A DNA stretch of 64,000 bases from an uncultured Thermoplasmatales archaeon. Lineage in GTDB: Archaea; Thermoplasmatota; E2; DHVEG-1. Made by a program: the position numbers and the translations under genes. Of the stretch, positions 1-8,828 are shown in pieces (positions within the stretch are counted from its first letter, which is position 1; every line of letters starts with the position of its first letter). The notes below the pieces were generated by a model. That model saw nothing but the letters and a program-made list of their open reading frames with translations. It had not been told where the DNA came from and made no database searches. Location of the stretch: contig CAZWQV010000002.1 in the NCBI GenBank assembly GCA_964636235.1, positions 37,607-101,606 of the forward strand, read 5' to 3'.

Positions 1-303
1 GATTCATCTCGCATTGAAAGCAAGGGTGAATATATTATTAATATTGAATCTGATGATTTAGAACAGTTACTTGTGGATTGGCTTTCTGAATTATTATTTT
101 TACAAAGTTCAAGAAATATAGTTTTTGGAGAATTTCACGTGAATATAGATCAAAATAAAAGCAGTTTATCATCAACTGTATTTGGTGAAGAATTTGATAC
201 TTCAAAACATAAAAGTGGTGTTGAAATTAAGGCCGTAACATATCATATGCTTGCAATAAGTCAACATGAACCATATTATGTTCAAGTATTATTTGATATA
301 TAA
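1..303 (+). CDS. archease (C-terminal part, 5' truncated by window edge)
   Basis: Frame 1 is open from position 1. The C-terminal motif KAVTYHML...VLFDI resembles the archease family C-terminus. Confidence 0.55.
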   Translation, partial: DSSRIESKGEYIINIESDDLEQLLVDWLSELLFLQSSRNIVFGEFHVNIDQNKSSLSSTVFGEEFDTSKHKSGVEIKAVTYHMLAISQHEPYYVQVLFDI

Positions 304-464
304 TCAGTAAATTTTTTTAATTATGAAGTAAAAAATACTTTCGCTCTTCTCACTTTTTCATTCAAATAGTATAGTTGATATTTCTGTATTGCATCGATCA
401 TCCGGACGGTTTTTCTTCCATTCTCCTCTCCGGTAAGCCCCGTCCGGTTCTTCTCATCTTTATA

Positions 465-1913
465 TCATATAGCTTGTTTTATTTTTCTTAATCGATTGAC
501 ATATAATTTTCCCCAAACAAATGTAATACTTGATCCAATTAAGTTTGCGATCACAAGTCCCCACCAGATTCCAGAGATTCCCATATTAAAAACAAATGTA
601 AATAATAAGCTCAGGGCAACAGTTAAAATGATAGTTCGTAGTAAGGTTGCGATAAGCGCATATAATCCTTTACCTGTTCCTTGAAACGTGGCTGATGTTA
701 CAATACCGAGTGCAGCTCCCGGATAAAATAAACAAGTGATTTTAAGAAATGTTAGCAGATACTCCTTCAATTGCACTGCATCTGCTGTAGAAGTAAATAC
801 TGAGGCGATATACGGTGCAAGAATAAATATTAAGATAGCACTTATGGTTTCAACAGCAAGACCTATTTTTGCTGCGTACATATATGCAGTATTTAATTTT
901 TCATATGATTTTGAACCATAGGCTGCACCTGTAACAGTTGTAACTGCTGTTGCCATACCAAGAAGGGGAAGAATGGAAACCATGACAACTCTCCATCCAG
1001 TGTTATATGCGGCAACACCGATTTCATTTCCATTCGTCATATTGATGATGATTATAATGATCAGCATGGTAAATGACATGGATAATTGTTGTATCGAAGC
1101 AGGCAATCCAACCCTGAAAATATCTTTTAAGATGTCTTTATTAAAAGAAAATGATTTAAATTTAAATGAAACGTATGTATCCTTTCGTAAAAATAGCCAA
1201 TAAACCAATACCATGGACGTAATAGCCATAGAAAGGATAGTTGCATATGCTGCACCTGCAAGTCCCATTTCAAATGTATAAATAAAAATCGGATCCAGAA
1301 TAATATTTAAACCTGCACCGAACATCATCGCATACATCGCTCTATTTGCATCACCTTCTGCTCGAAGGATAGAATAAGCAACTTGGTTGAAAAATAAAAA
1401 GATACTTCCTCCAAAGATTATTTTCCCATAAATTATTGCTAGACTAGCTGATTCTTTGGCTCCAATAGCGGTGAAAATATTTCCGCCGGTAAAAAAGAGG
1501 CTGATTGTAAATATAATTGCAATAATGACTATGAGGATAATGGAATGAATAGCAACATTGTCCGCTCCTGATTTATCTTTTCCTCCTATTCTTCTTGATA
1601 TGGCTGATCCTCCGCCAATGCCAATTCCAGTTGATATAGCAATAACCATCATGTAAAGAGGCATGACAAATCCAACTGCGGCTAATGCATTTGGTCCAAT
1701 TCCATCTACTATTTTATTGGTGAAAATATCCTGACCAAAACCAGAGACCCATAATGCGTCTACAAGATTGTATATGGTTTGTGCAGACATAGCCAATATC
1801 ATTGGAATGGAAAGTTTTATGATGGCTTTTTTTGGTCCACCGAGCAACAATTCAACGCCTTTTGTTTTCTTTGCTTTTAATGATTTTTTCTGTTCTGTTT
1901 GAATGTTACGCAC
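465..1913 (-). CDS. MATE family multidrug/oligosaccharidyl-lipid efflux transporter
   Basis: 482 aa with about 12 predicted TM helices and NorM/DinF-like sequence features throughout. Confidence 0.85.
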   Translation of the reverse strand: MRNIQTEQKKSLKAKKTKGVELLLGGPKKAIIKLSIPMILAMSAQTIYNLVDALWVSGFGQDIFTNKIVDGIGPNALAAVGFVMPLYMMVIAISTGIGIGGGSAISRRIGGKDKSGADNVAIHSIILIVIIAIIFTISLFFTGGNIFTAIGAKESASLAIIYGKIIFGGSIFLFFNQVAYSILRAEGDANRAMYAMMFGAGLNIILDPIFIYTFEMGLAGAAYATILSMAITSMVLVYWLFLRKDTYVSFKFKSFSFNKDILKDIFRVGLPASIQQLSMSFTMLIIIIIINMTNGNEIGVAAYNTGWRVVMVSILPLLGMATAVTTVTGAAYGSKSYEKLNTAYMYAAKIGLAVETISAILIFILAPYIASVFTSTADAVQLKEYLLTFLKITCLFYPGAALGIVTSATFQGTGKGLYALIATLLRTIILTVALSLLFTFVFNMGISGIWWGLVIANLIGSSITFVWGKLYVNRLRKIKQAI

Positions 1914-1918
1914 CCCGT

Positions 1919-2347
1919 TTAGATTAAATGTGTCGCGTTTTTTGAAATTCTTTCTAAGTATTCAAAGAACTGATCTTCCTCATTTTTAGAAAAACCGTTT
2001 AGTAATTGTCTTGAAGAATTCTTTAATATTGATCGTAATATTGGTTTTAATTCCATCGCTTTTTTTGTTAGATGTAGTTGATACGATCTTTTGTCTGAAG
2101 GATTTTTTTGACGTGTAACAAACCCATGGTCAATAAGTTTTTTTACCGCTCTTGCGCAAGTTGCTTTATCGATATTTATGATTTCAGCGAGTGTTTCTTG
2201 GTTAATCCCATCATTATTATATAGAATCATAATAAGATGTAATTGACCACTTCCAAGTTCATATTTTTCTAAATGGTGATGAAGATATGAATGGATGTTT
2301 CGATGGATACATGAAACTAATCGACCAACTGATTTTTGTTTTTTCAT
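1919..2347 (-). CDS. MarR family transcriptional regulator
   Basis: 142 aa winged-HTH protein; the MarR signature region runs from ETLAEI to GFV..Q..P.DKR..QLHLT. Confidence 0.8.
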   Translation of the reverse strand: MKKQKSVGRLVSCIHRNIHSYLHHHLEKYELGSGQLHLIMILYNNDGINQETLAEIINIDKATCARAVKKLIDHGFVTRQKNPSDKRSYQLHLTKKAMELKPILRSILKNSSRQLLNGFSKNEEDQFFEYLERISKNATHLI

Positions 2348-2380
2348 ACTATCACTTTATTATATTAAATACAATAAAAT

Positions 2381-2440
2381 AGTTGCTAATGCAACTATGC
2401 CGAATTATTACTTACCTATATAAAAGTTGCGTATGCAACT
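2381..2440. promoter_or_regulatory. Two perfect 6-4-6 palindromes (AGTTGC-N4-GCAACT) in the divergent MarR/DUF1858 promoter; candidate MarR operators plus a TATA-like box
   Basis: AGTTGCtaatGCAACT at 2381-2396 and AGTTGCgtatGCAACT at 2425-2440 (centres 44 bp apart). A TATA-like tatataaaag lies at 2415-2424, immediately upstream of the second site. Confidence 0.5.
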
Positions 2441-2506
2441 AATTTATCGGTTAAAAGAAAATATTATATACTTATTCATAGGTATCTTCGATTAATTAGT
2501 CTATAG

Positions 2507-2722
2507 GTGTACGTTATGTCCGATGATAAAATAAATGCAGATATGAATATTAGAGAAGTATTAGAAAAATATCCTGAAACCGTTTCTGTATTTGCTAAAT
2601 ATAATATGGGTTGTGTTGGTTGTATCGCAGCATCTTTTGAAAAAATAAAAGATATCGCTGCGGTTCATGGAACTGATGTTGATTCCTTTGTGAAAGATTT
2701 AAATGCAGCAATCCAATCATAA
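2507..2722 (+). CDS. DUF1858-type small redox-disulfide protein (hybrid-cluster-protein-associated family)
   Basis: 71 aa with a C-V-G-C motif and family-like N-terminus (DMNIREVLEKYPET..VF). The track start is GTG at 2507; an ATG at 2516 is a likely alternative start. Confidence 0.5.
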   Translation: MYVMSDDKINADMNIREVLEKYPETVSVFAKYNMGCVGCIAASFEKIKDIAAVHGTDVDSFVKDLNAAIQS

Positions 2723-2727
2723 TTATT

Positions 2728-3141
2728 TTAAAATGAACTTGTTGTTATAACAAGTTCGCCATGTTTAATTCCTTTTAATGATTTTATCGAATCTGAAAGT
2801 TGTTGAATATTTTTTATTTTTCCCTCTAAAACAAGTACTTCAAGGCAATTATCATGATCAATATGGACGTGCGTCGTTGTGAGAATTTCATTCGTATGAT
2901 CATGCTGGATTTGTAATAATTTATTTGTTAAATTTCCGGTATGATGATCATAAACCATTGTAAGTGTACCAATTGCATTTTTGTTTATATCTTTTTGTTT
3001 TTCAACAATTAGATTTTTACGAATAAGATCCCTAATTGCTTCACTCCGATTTGCATATCCTTCTTTTTTAATTAATGCATCAAATTTTTTAAGCAGTTCT
3101 GGTTCAACACTTACCCCAAATCGAGTAATTCTATCCGCCAT
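2728..3141 (-). CDS. nikR: nickel-responsive transcriptional regulator NikR
   Basis: N-terminal ribbon-helix-helix (RFGVSVEPELLKKFDALIKKEGYANRSEAIRDLIR) followed by a C-terminal ACT-like domain with H/C-rich metal-site residues (HHTGN, HVHIDHDNC). Confidence 0.8.
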   Translation of the reverse strand: MADRITRFGVSVEPELLKKFDALIKKEGYANRSEAIRDLIRKNLIVEKQKDINKNAIGTLTMVYDHHTGNLTNKLLQIQHDHTNEILTTTHVHIDHDNCLEVLVLEGKIKNIQQLSDSIKSLKGIKHGELVITTSSF

Positions 3142-3142
3142 A

Positions 3143-3248
3143 GTAACACGATATCAATGTAAAGATAGCACGAATATAAATTTTTTGTTACCAAAAGAAT
3201 TAAAAATAAAAAAACTATCTGGTGTTACTAAAATAAAATTAATGTTAC
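3143..3248. promoter_or_regulatory. Divergent nikR / ABC-transporter promoter with four copies of the hexamer TGTTAC (one inverted); candidate NikR operator
   Basis: GTAACAC at 3143-3149 is the reverse complement of GTGTTAC at 3222-3228. Further GTTAC copies sit at 3187-3191 and 3244-3248. About 0.1 copies would be expected by chance in a 120-bp AT-rich spacer. An SD aaggag lies at 3250-3255. Confidence 0.35.
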
Positions 3249-3260
3249 GAAGGAGTATTT

Positions 3261-4352
3261 ATGCAAATAAGTAGATTTCGAATTAAAATATTCACTGTTG
3301 GATGTATTCTAGTTCTTTTATTTTTAAATACCGGCTGCGTACAGCAAGGAACAACTATTCAAGAAAATGCTGTTAAAATAACAGATATGCTTGGAAGGGT
3401 AGTTGCAATACCGGAAAATATAGACAACGTTGTTGGTATTGAAGCAGGCTCATTACGATTACTCGTTTACTTACAATGTACTGATATGGTTGTAGGAATT
3501 GAAGATATTGAATTGGACGGAGGAAAACCGTATAATTTCGCTCATCCTGAACTTACCGAACTTCCTCTTATTGGACCTATACATGGGGGCGATCAAGAAT
3601 TAATCATGAAACAAGGCCCTGATATTATCTTTTGGACGTATACAACTGTAGGAGAAGCAGATGAACTACAGGAAAAAACAGGTATCCCTGTTGTAGCTTT
3701 AATTTATGGGGATTTAGATGATAATTTAAACGTCCTTTTTGAATCTTTACGATTGATGGGTAGCATTTTGAACAAGGAAGATAGAGCAGAAGAACTGATT
3801 GAATATATAAACACCGTAATAACTGATTTAACAAATCGTACAATAAACATTTCAAATGATCAGAAACTAAAAACATATGTTGGTGGAATTTCCAGTAGAG
3901 GTGCTCATGGTATTTTATCAACAGAACCAGCATATGCACCTTTTTTATTTGTTAACTCAAAAAATGTTGCAAGTGAACTTGGAATGGAACATGCATTTAT
4001 TGACAAAGAAAAATTAATTGAATGGGACCCAGAAGTAATTTTTATAGATGAAGGTGGTTATTCATTAACGGTTGAGGATTTAAAAGATAATTCTTATCAA
4101 TCCATTGATGCCATAAAAGATGACAATATCTATGGAGTACTGCCCTATAATTATTATACAACAAATTTTGGAACAGTACTTGCTAATTCATATTATATTG
4201 GAAGTATTCTTTTCCCTGATGAATTCAAAGATATCATACCCGAAGAGAAAGCAGATGATATCTATCAGAAATTTGTTGGTAAATGCGTGTACGAGGATAT
4301 GAAAGCATTGTATGGAGGATTCAATAGTTTCGAATTAAACGATATAGATTAA
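3261..4352 (+). CDS. ABC transporter periplasmic-type substrate-binding lipoprotein (BtuF/FecB class, cluster A-2)
   Basis: Signal peptide plus lipobox-like LNTGC. Resembles the siderophore/cobalamin/heme-binding protein fold family and is first in an operon with a FecCD permease and an ATPase. Confidence 0.75.
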   Translation: MQISRFRIKIFTVGCILVLLFLNTGCVQQGTTIQENAVKITDMLGRVVAIPENIDNVVGIEAGSLRLLVYLQCTDMVVGIEDIELDGGKPYNFAHPELTELPLIGPIHGGDQELIMKQGPDIIFWTYTTVGEADELQEKTGIPVVALIYGDLDDNLNVLFESLRLMGSILNKEDRAEELIEYINTVITDLTNRTINISNDQKLKTYVGGISSRGAHGILSTEPAYAPFLFVNSKNVASELGMEHAFIDKEKLIEWDPEVIFIDEGGYSLTVEDLKDNSYQSIDAIKDDNIYGVLPYNYYTTNFGTVLANSYYIGSILFPDEFKDIIPEEKADDIYQKFVGKCVYEDMKALYGGFNSFELNDID

Positions 4353-4366
4353 GGATATTACCCATT

Positions 4367-5434
4367 ATGATAGATCATAAATATATATTAGATTCATACA
4401 AAAAACATACTCATAAAAAATTTCTCTTTCTTATTATCTCAATACTTATTTTGATTTTATTAGTTCTAATTTCTATTAGCATAGGTTCTTATCAAATTGA
4501 TATATTTAAGGTAATACATACAGTAATCTTTGGTGGAACGGACTCAATCGCAACAGTTATTTGGCAAATTCGAATTCCTCGAGTTTTAACAGCTATTGTA
4601 GGTGGAATGGGGCTAGCAATTTCAGGTGTAGCAATGCAGAGTATTTTAAGAAACCCTCTTGGATCACCTTTTACGCTGGGAATATCTCATACATCTGCAT
4701 TTGGTGCAGCTTTCTCAATAGTATTCCTTGGTGCAGGATCTATTCAAAGCAGTAGTGTTGATGCAGTTATTCAAAACAACCCATTTATTGTTACTATATG
4801 TGCATTTTTATTTTCATTATTAGCAACTATAATCATTATTGCTTTAGCAAAATATAAGGGTGCAACTCCCGAATCGATGATACTAACTGGTGTAGCATTA
4901 GGGTCACTGGCTTTAGCAGGAACAACTGCAATTGAATATTTTGCGGATGATATACAGCTTTCTTCTATTGTTTTTTGGACATTTGGTGATTTAGGAAGGA
5001 CTTCTTGGAATGAAGTTTTAATTATTACAGTTGTTGTGATTCCAGCAATTGCATATTTTTTTTATAATATATGGAATTACAATGCATTGCAAAGTGGAGA
5101 AGAATCTGCAAAAAGCCTTGGAACAAATATAGAAATGGTACGAATTGGTGGAATGCTGGTTGCATCGTTGGTAACTGCATTAATAGTATCCTTTGTAGGC
5201 ATTATTGGATTCATTGGACTTGTTGTTCCCCATATTGTTCGAAAGATTATAGGAGGAGATGCACGTTTTCTCTTACCCTCTTCATGCATTGTAGGTTCTA
5301 TATTGTTATTATCTTCGGATACCATAGCTAGAACAATTATATCGCCAGTCGTTTTACCGGTAGGTATTTTAACTTCATTTATCGGAGCACCGCTTTTTAT
5401 TTATTTAGTAGTAAGGGGGAGGAAATATTGGTGA
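4367..5434 (+). CDS. ABC transporter permease, FecCD/BtuC family
   Basis: 355 aa polytopic membrane protein with FecCD signature regions (RIPRVL.A...G..LA.SG..MQ). Confidence 0.85.
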   Translation: MIDHKYILDSYKKHTHKKFLFLIISILILILLVLISISIGSYQIDIFKVIHTVIFGGTDSIATVIWQIRIPRVLTAIVGGMGLAISGVAMQSILRNPLGSPFTLGISHTSAFGAAFSIVFLGAGSIQSSSVDAVIQNNPFIVTICAFLFSLLATIIIIALAKYKGATPESMILTGVALGSLALAGTTAIEYFADDIQLSSIVFWTFGDLGRTSWNEVLIITVVVIPAIAYFFYNIWNYNALQSGEESAKSLGTNIEMVRIGGMLVASLVTALIVSFVGIIGFIGLVVPHIVRKIIGGDARFLLPSSCIVGSILLLSSDTIARTIISPVVLPVGILTSFIGAPLFIYLVVRGRKYW

Positions 5435-6189
5435 TAATGCAACTAAAAAACGTATCGTTTAGTTATGATAAAAAATCAGTATTACATAATATTAATTTTA
5501 ATCTTAATGAAGGTGAGATTCTCGCGATAGTTGGTCCAAATGGTTCTGGCAAAAGCACTCTGTTAAAATGCATCGATCAGATTTTAAAACCACAAAAAGG
5601 AGTCATATTATTAGATCATCAAGATATCATGAAATTAAAACCTGAAGAAATAGCAAAAAAAATTGGTTACGTTCCCCAAAATAATGGGAGAAGCTTTCCT
5701 ACAACGGTATTTGATTCAATATTGATGGGAAGAAAACCGTATATTAAATGGGCTCCAACAAACAATGATTTGAAAAAAGTTACAAATGTGATTGAAAAGT
5801 TAAGAATACAGCATCTTGTTTTACGTGATATCAACGAATTAAGTGGTGGACAAAAACAAAAGGTGATTATTGGTAGGGCTCTGGCTCAGGAGCCAAAGAT
5901 ACTTTTATTAGATGAACCGACATCAAATTTAGATTTAAAACATCAATTAGAGGTTTTAAATTTAATAAAAGAACAAACAAAAGATAACGTATCAGCTGTT
6001 ATTGCAATACATGATTTGAATTTAGCATTACGATTTTGTGATAAAATTGTAATGTTACATAAAGGAAGGGTTTTTGCAGCAGGTGATTTAAATGTTCTTA
6101 CTGCTGAAAATATCGAAAAGGTTTACGATGTCAAGGTAAAAATAATTATGGAATCAGATAGGTTTTATGTTATTCCTGAAGAAAACTGA
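5428..6189 (+). CDS. ABC transporter ATP-binding protein (FecE/BtuD-like)
   Basis: Walker A GPNGSGKST, ABC signature LSGGQKQ, Walker B LLLDEPTS. Overlaps the permease gene by 7 nt, indicating an operon. Confidence 0.9.
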   Translation: MVIMQLKNVSFSYDKKSVLHNINFNLNEGEILAIVGPNGSGKSTLLKCIDQILKPQKGVILLDHQDIMKLKPEEIAKKIGYVPQNNGRSFPTTVFDSILMGRKPYIKWAPTNNDLKKVTNVIEKLRIQHLVLRDINELSGGQKQKVIIGRALAQEPKILLLDEPTSNLDLKHQLEVLNLIKEQTKDNVSAVIAIHDLNLALRFCDKIVMLHKGRVFAAGDLNVLTAENIEKVYDVKVKIIMESDRFYVIPEEN

Positions 6190-6200
6190 GGTAATGTAAA

Positions 6201-7310
6201 ATGGTTGAAATGAAACCGATTGGTGTAGTAAAAAATAAGTTTAATACTAAAACAGATCTCAATGATATTCGACAAAATGAAAGTATTATAGTTATTGATA
6301 AAGATTATGAAGAAGGACTTTTTCAGATTGATGGAATAGGTTACCTCCAAATAATTTTTAACTTTCATCTCAGTAAAAATCAACAATTGAAAGGACCAAT
6401 TTATAATGGAAAAGTGAAAGGTGTTTTCGCATCAAGAAGCCCTAAAAGACCAAATGGGATAGGAATTACAACTGTCCAGTTAATTGAAAGGAAAGGAAGA
6501 AAATTACGAGTAAAAGGACTCGATGCTTTAAATGGAACTCCTGTTCTAGATATAAAACCATATACACCTTTTTTAGATGAAAACAAGCAAATAGAATTCA
6601 TAGAAAATAATAAAAAATTGAATCCCCGATCAGATATACATAAATGGATTCTAAGAGAAAATTACCAACACTTATTATTGAATGCAGGTGAATTGCATGG
6701 GCATTATTGTCCTGGATTAAGTTTAGGGGTTCTTGCAGGTTCATATGCATTAAAAACAAAGAATTTTTTTTCTGATGGGATGGAAAAAGTAATTGCTATT
6801 GTAGAAACAAATAATTGCTTTAGCGATGGAATTCAATATGCTACGGGTTGTACTTTTGGAAATAATTCCTTAATATTTAGAGACTTTGGAAAAACAGCTG
6901 TTACGGTGTCAAAAAGAGATGGTAATGGATTAAGAATATCGGTAAAAAATAATGCAAATAACCTATGGCAAAAGAATCATCCAGAAGCAGAAGATCTCTT
7001 TCAAAAAGTGGTTACTGAACGAAAAGGTAATGATGAAGATACAAGGAATCTTATGAACCTATTTAAGCAAATCTCGTTTGAAATAATTGAATTTAATATT
7101 AATGATCTTTTTAATATAAAAAATGTAAAAATTAAAATCCCTGATTATGCTCCAATTCATGAGAATATATTATGTAGTAACTGTAAAGAGAATATTATGG
7201 GTTCAAGAGTAATTCATAAGGAATCAAAAAATCTATGCATCCCCTGTTCAAAATCAGAATTTTTTGAGTTGGATGGAAGTGGAATAAAAAAGCATTCTTC
7301 AATTGATTAA
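6201..7310 (+). CDS. Fusion protein: TsaA/YaeB (TrmO-like, UPF0066) N-domain + FmdE/FwdE-family domain + C-terminal CxxC...CxxC zinc ribbon
   Basis: The N-terminal 140 aa carry the TsaA signature (SRSPKRPNGIGITTVQLIERKG..L.V.GLDALNGTPVLDIKPY). The middle carries the FmdE signature HGHYCPGLSLG. The C-terminus has CSNC...CIPC. Confidence 0.65.
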   Translation: MVEMKPIGVVKNKFNTKTDLNDIRQNESIIVIDKDYEEGLFQIDGIGYLQIIFNFHLSKNQQLKGPIYNGKVKGVFASRSPKRPNGIGITTVQLIERKGRKLRVKGLDALNGTPVLDIKPYTPFLDENKQIEFIENNKKLNPRSDIHKWILRENYQHLLLNAGELHGHYCPGLSLGVLAGSYALKTKNFFSDGMEKVIAIVETNNCFSDGIQYATGCTFGNNSLIFRDFGKTAVTVSKRDGNGLRISVKNNANNLWQKNHPEAEDLFQKVVTERKGNDEDTRNLMNLFKQISFEIIEFNINDLFNIKNVKIKIPDYAPIHENILCSNCKENIMGSRVIHKESKNLCIPCSKSEFFELDGSGIKKHSSID

Positions 7311-7325
7311 CTATGATAATTAATA

Positions 7326-8048
7326 TTACCATTCAGCTAACTCGCCAATAATAATCCTCAATAATGGCGGGATAGAGCCTTCGGTTTTACCACAACCATA
7401 ACCAATACGCTCAATATGCATAGGTGGCATAGATTGAAATCGATCAGCAATAGTTGATATAACTGCAGCACCAGTTGGTGTTACTAATTCTTGCATTCTA
7501 TCTGTTTGATAGACTGGTACATTTTTTAATAGTTCAATGGTTGCGGGGGCTGGAATAGGAATGACGCCATGAGAACACTTGATAAATCCTGTTCCAAGAG
7601 GAAGTGGAGAACAATAGATGTGGTCAATACCAAGTTTTTTAATACCGATTACTGAGCCAACAATATCAATAATAGAATCAATTGCTCCGACTTCATGAAA
7701 ATGTACTTGTTCATAATCGATATTATGTATTTTTCCTTCTACCTTTGCTAGTTTTAAAAAAATTTTTTGACTTAGCTTTTTAATTTCCTCATCAAGACCA
7801 CTTTCTTGTATCATTTCTTTAATTTCTTGATAGCTTCGATGAGGCTGTTTTTCTATGACTGCAATCTTTACATCTTTTGCTTTGATATGATTTTTTTCAA
7901 TATCATTTACTTCAATATTATATCCTGAAATAGCAAGCTTTTTGATTTCATTTTTAAAATAAGTTACATCAAGACCTAGATCAAAAAGAGCACCAAGGAT
8001 CATATCACCACATATGCCAGAAAAACAATCAAAAAATGCAACTGTCAA
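7326..8048 (-). CDS. larC: LarC family nickel-insertion protein, N-terminal (LarC1) domain only
   Basis: 240 aa matching the N-terminal half of lactate-racemase nickel-pincer maturation protein LarC (FDCFSGICGDMILGAL, HFHEVGAIDSI.DIVG, PAPAT.ELL). The C-terminal CTP-binding half is not present here. Confidence 0.75.
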   Translation of the reverse strand: MTVAFFDCFSGICGDMILGALFDLGLDVTYFKNEIKKLAISGYNIEVNDIEKNHIKAKDVKIAVIEKQPHRSYQEIKEMIQESGLDEEIKKLSQKIFLKLAKVEGKIHNIDYEQVHFHEVGAIDSIIDIVGSVIGIKKLGIDHIYCSPLPLGTGFIKCSHGVIPIPAPATIELLKNVPVYQTDRMQELVTPTGAAVISTIADRFQSMPPMHIERIGYGCGKTEGSIPPLLRIIIGELAEW

Positions 8049-8054
8049 ATTTTA

Positions 8055-8828
8055 TCACCTGTTTATAATACTTGCAAAATATCCAGCACCAAAACCATTA
8101 TCAATATTTACTACAACCACACCTTCAGCACAACTATTAAGCATGGTAAGAAGTGGTGCAATACCTTTAAAACTTGCGCCGTATCCGATGCTTGTTGGAA
8201 CAGCGATTACAGGCGTTGATGTAAGACCACCGACCAAACTTGCAAGTGCTCCTTCCATACCTGCAATGACAATGATGACATTTGCATCAAATATTTTCTC
8301 TTTTATATCAAATAATCGATGAACACCTGCCACTCCGACATCATATGATTTTTCAACACAATTTCCCATGATTTCTGCTGTTACTGTTGCTTCTTCAGCA
8401 ACAGGGATATCTGATGTTCCAGCGGTAATAATGAGGATTTTACCTGGTTTTTTCTTTTTCTTTTTGTTTTCAATTACTATTGTTTTTGCCAGTTCATTAT
8501 ACTGGGCATATGGAAATTTCTTTACAACTTTTTCAAAAATAGTTTTATTTGCTTTTGTTGCAAGAATATTTTGATCTGGATCAAATGATTCAATGATTTT
8601 AATGATCTGATCTATTGTTTTTCCTTTACAAAAAATGGTTTCAGGAAATCCTTTCCGAAGTGCTCTATGGGTGTCAATTTTTACAAAATCTAAATCTTTA
8701 TATGGAAGCGTTTTTATTTTCGATAAAACCTTTTCTAAACTGATTTTCCCTTCTTTGAATTCCTGTAGTATCTTTTCCATTTTATAAAACCTCATCAAGG
8801 CTTCCAGATCGATATCCTTCGATATCAA
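8055..8828 (-). CDS. larB: LarB (PurE-like nickel-pincer nucleotide carboxylase/hydrolase)
   Basis: AIR-carboxylase-like fold motifs (IITAGTSD.PVAEEA, GVAGVHRL, VIAGMEGALAS.VGGL, GYGAS). Lies between larC and larE on the same strand. Confidence 0.75.
   Translation of the reverse strand: MISKDIDLEALMRFYKMEKILQEFKEGKISLEKVLSKIKTLPYKDLDFVKIDTHRALRKGFPETIFCKGKTIDQIIKIIESFDPDQNILATKANKTIFEKVVKKFPYAQYNELAKTIVIENKKKKKKPGKILIITAGTSDIPVAEEATVTAEIMGNCVEKSYDVGVAGVHRLFDIKEKIFDANVIIVIAGMEGALASLVGGLTSTPVIAVPTSIGYGASFKGIAPLLTMLNSCAEGVVVVNIDNGFGAGYFASIINR

Noticed and set aside
496-1203. Three plus-strand ORFs (62, 61, 76 aa) inside the MATE transporter gene
   Set aside because: All antisense to a 482-aa membrane protein with clear family features. 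These are shadow ORFs.
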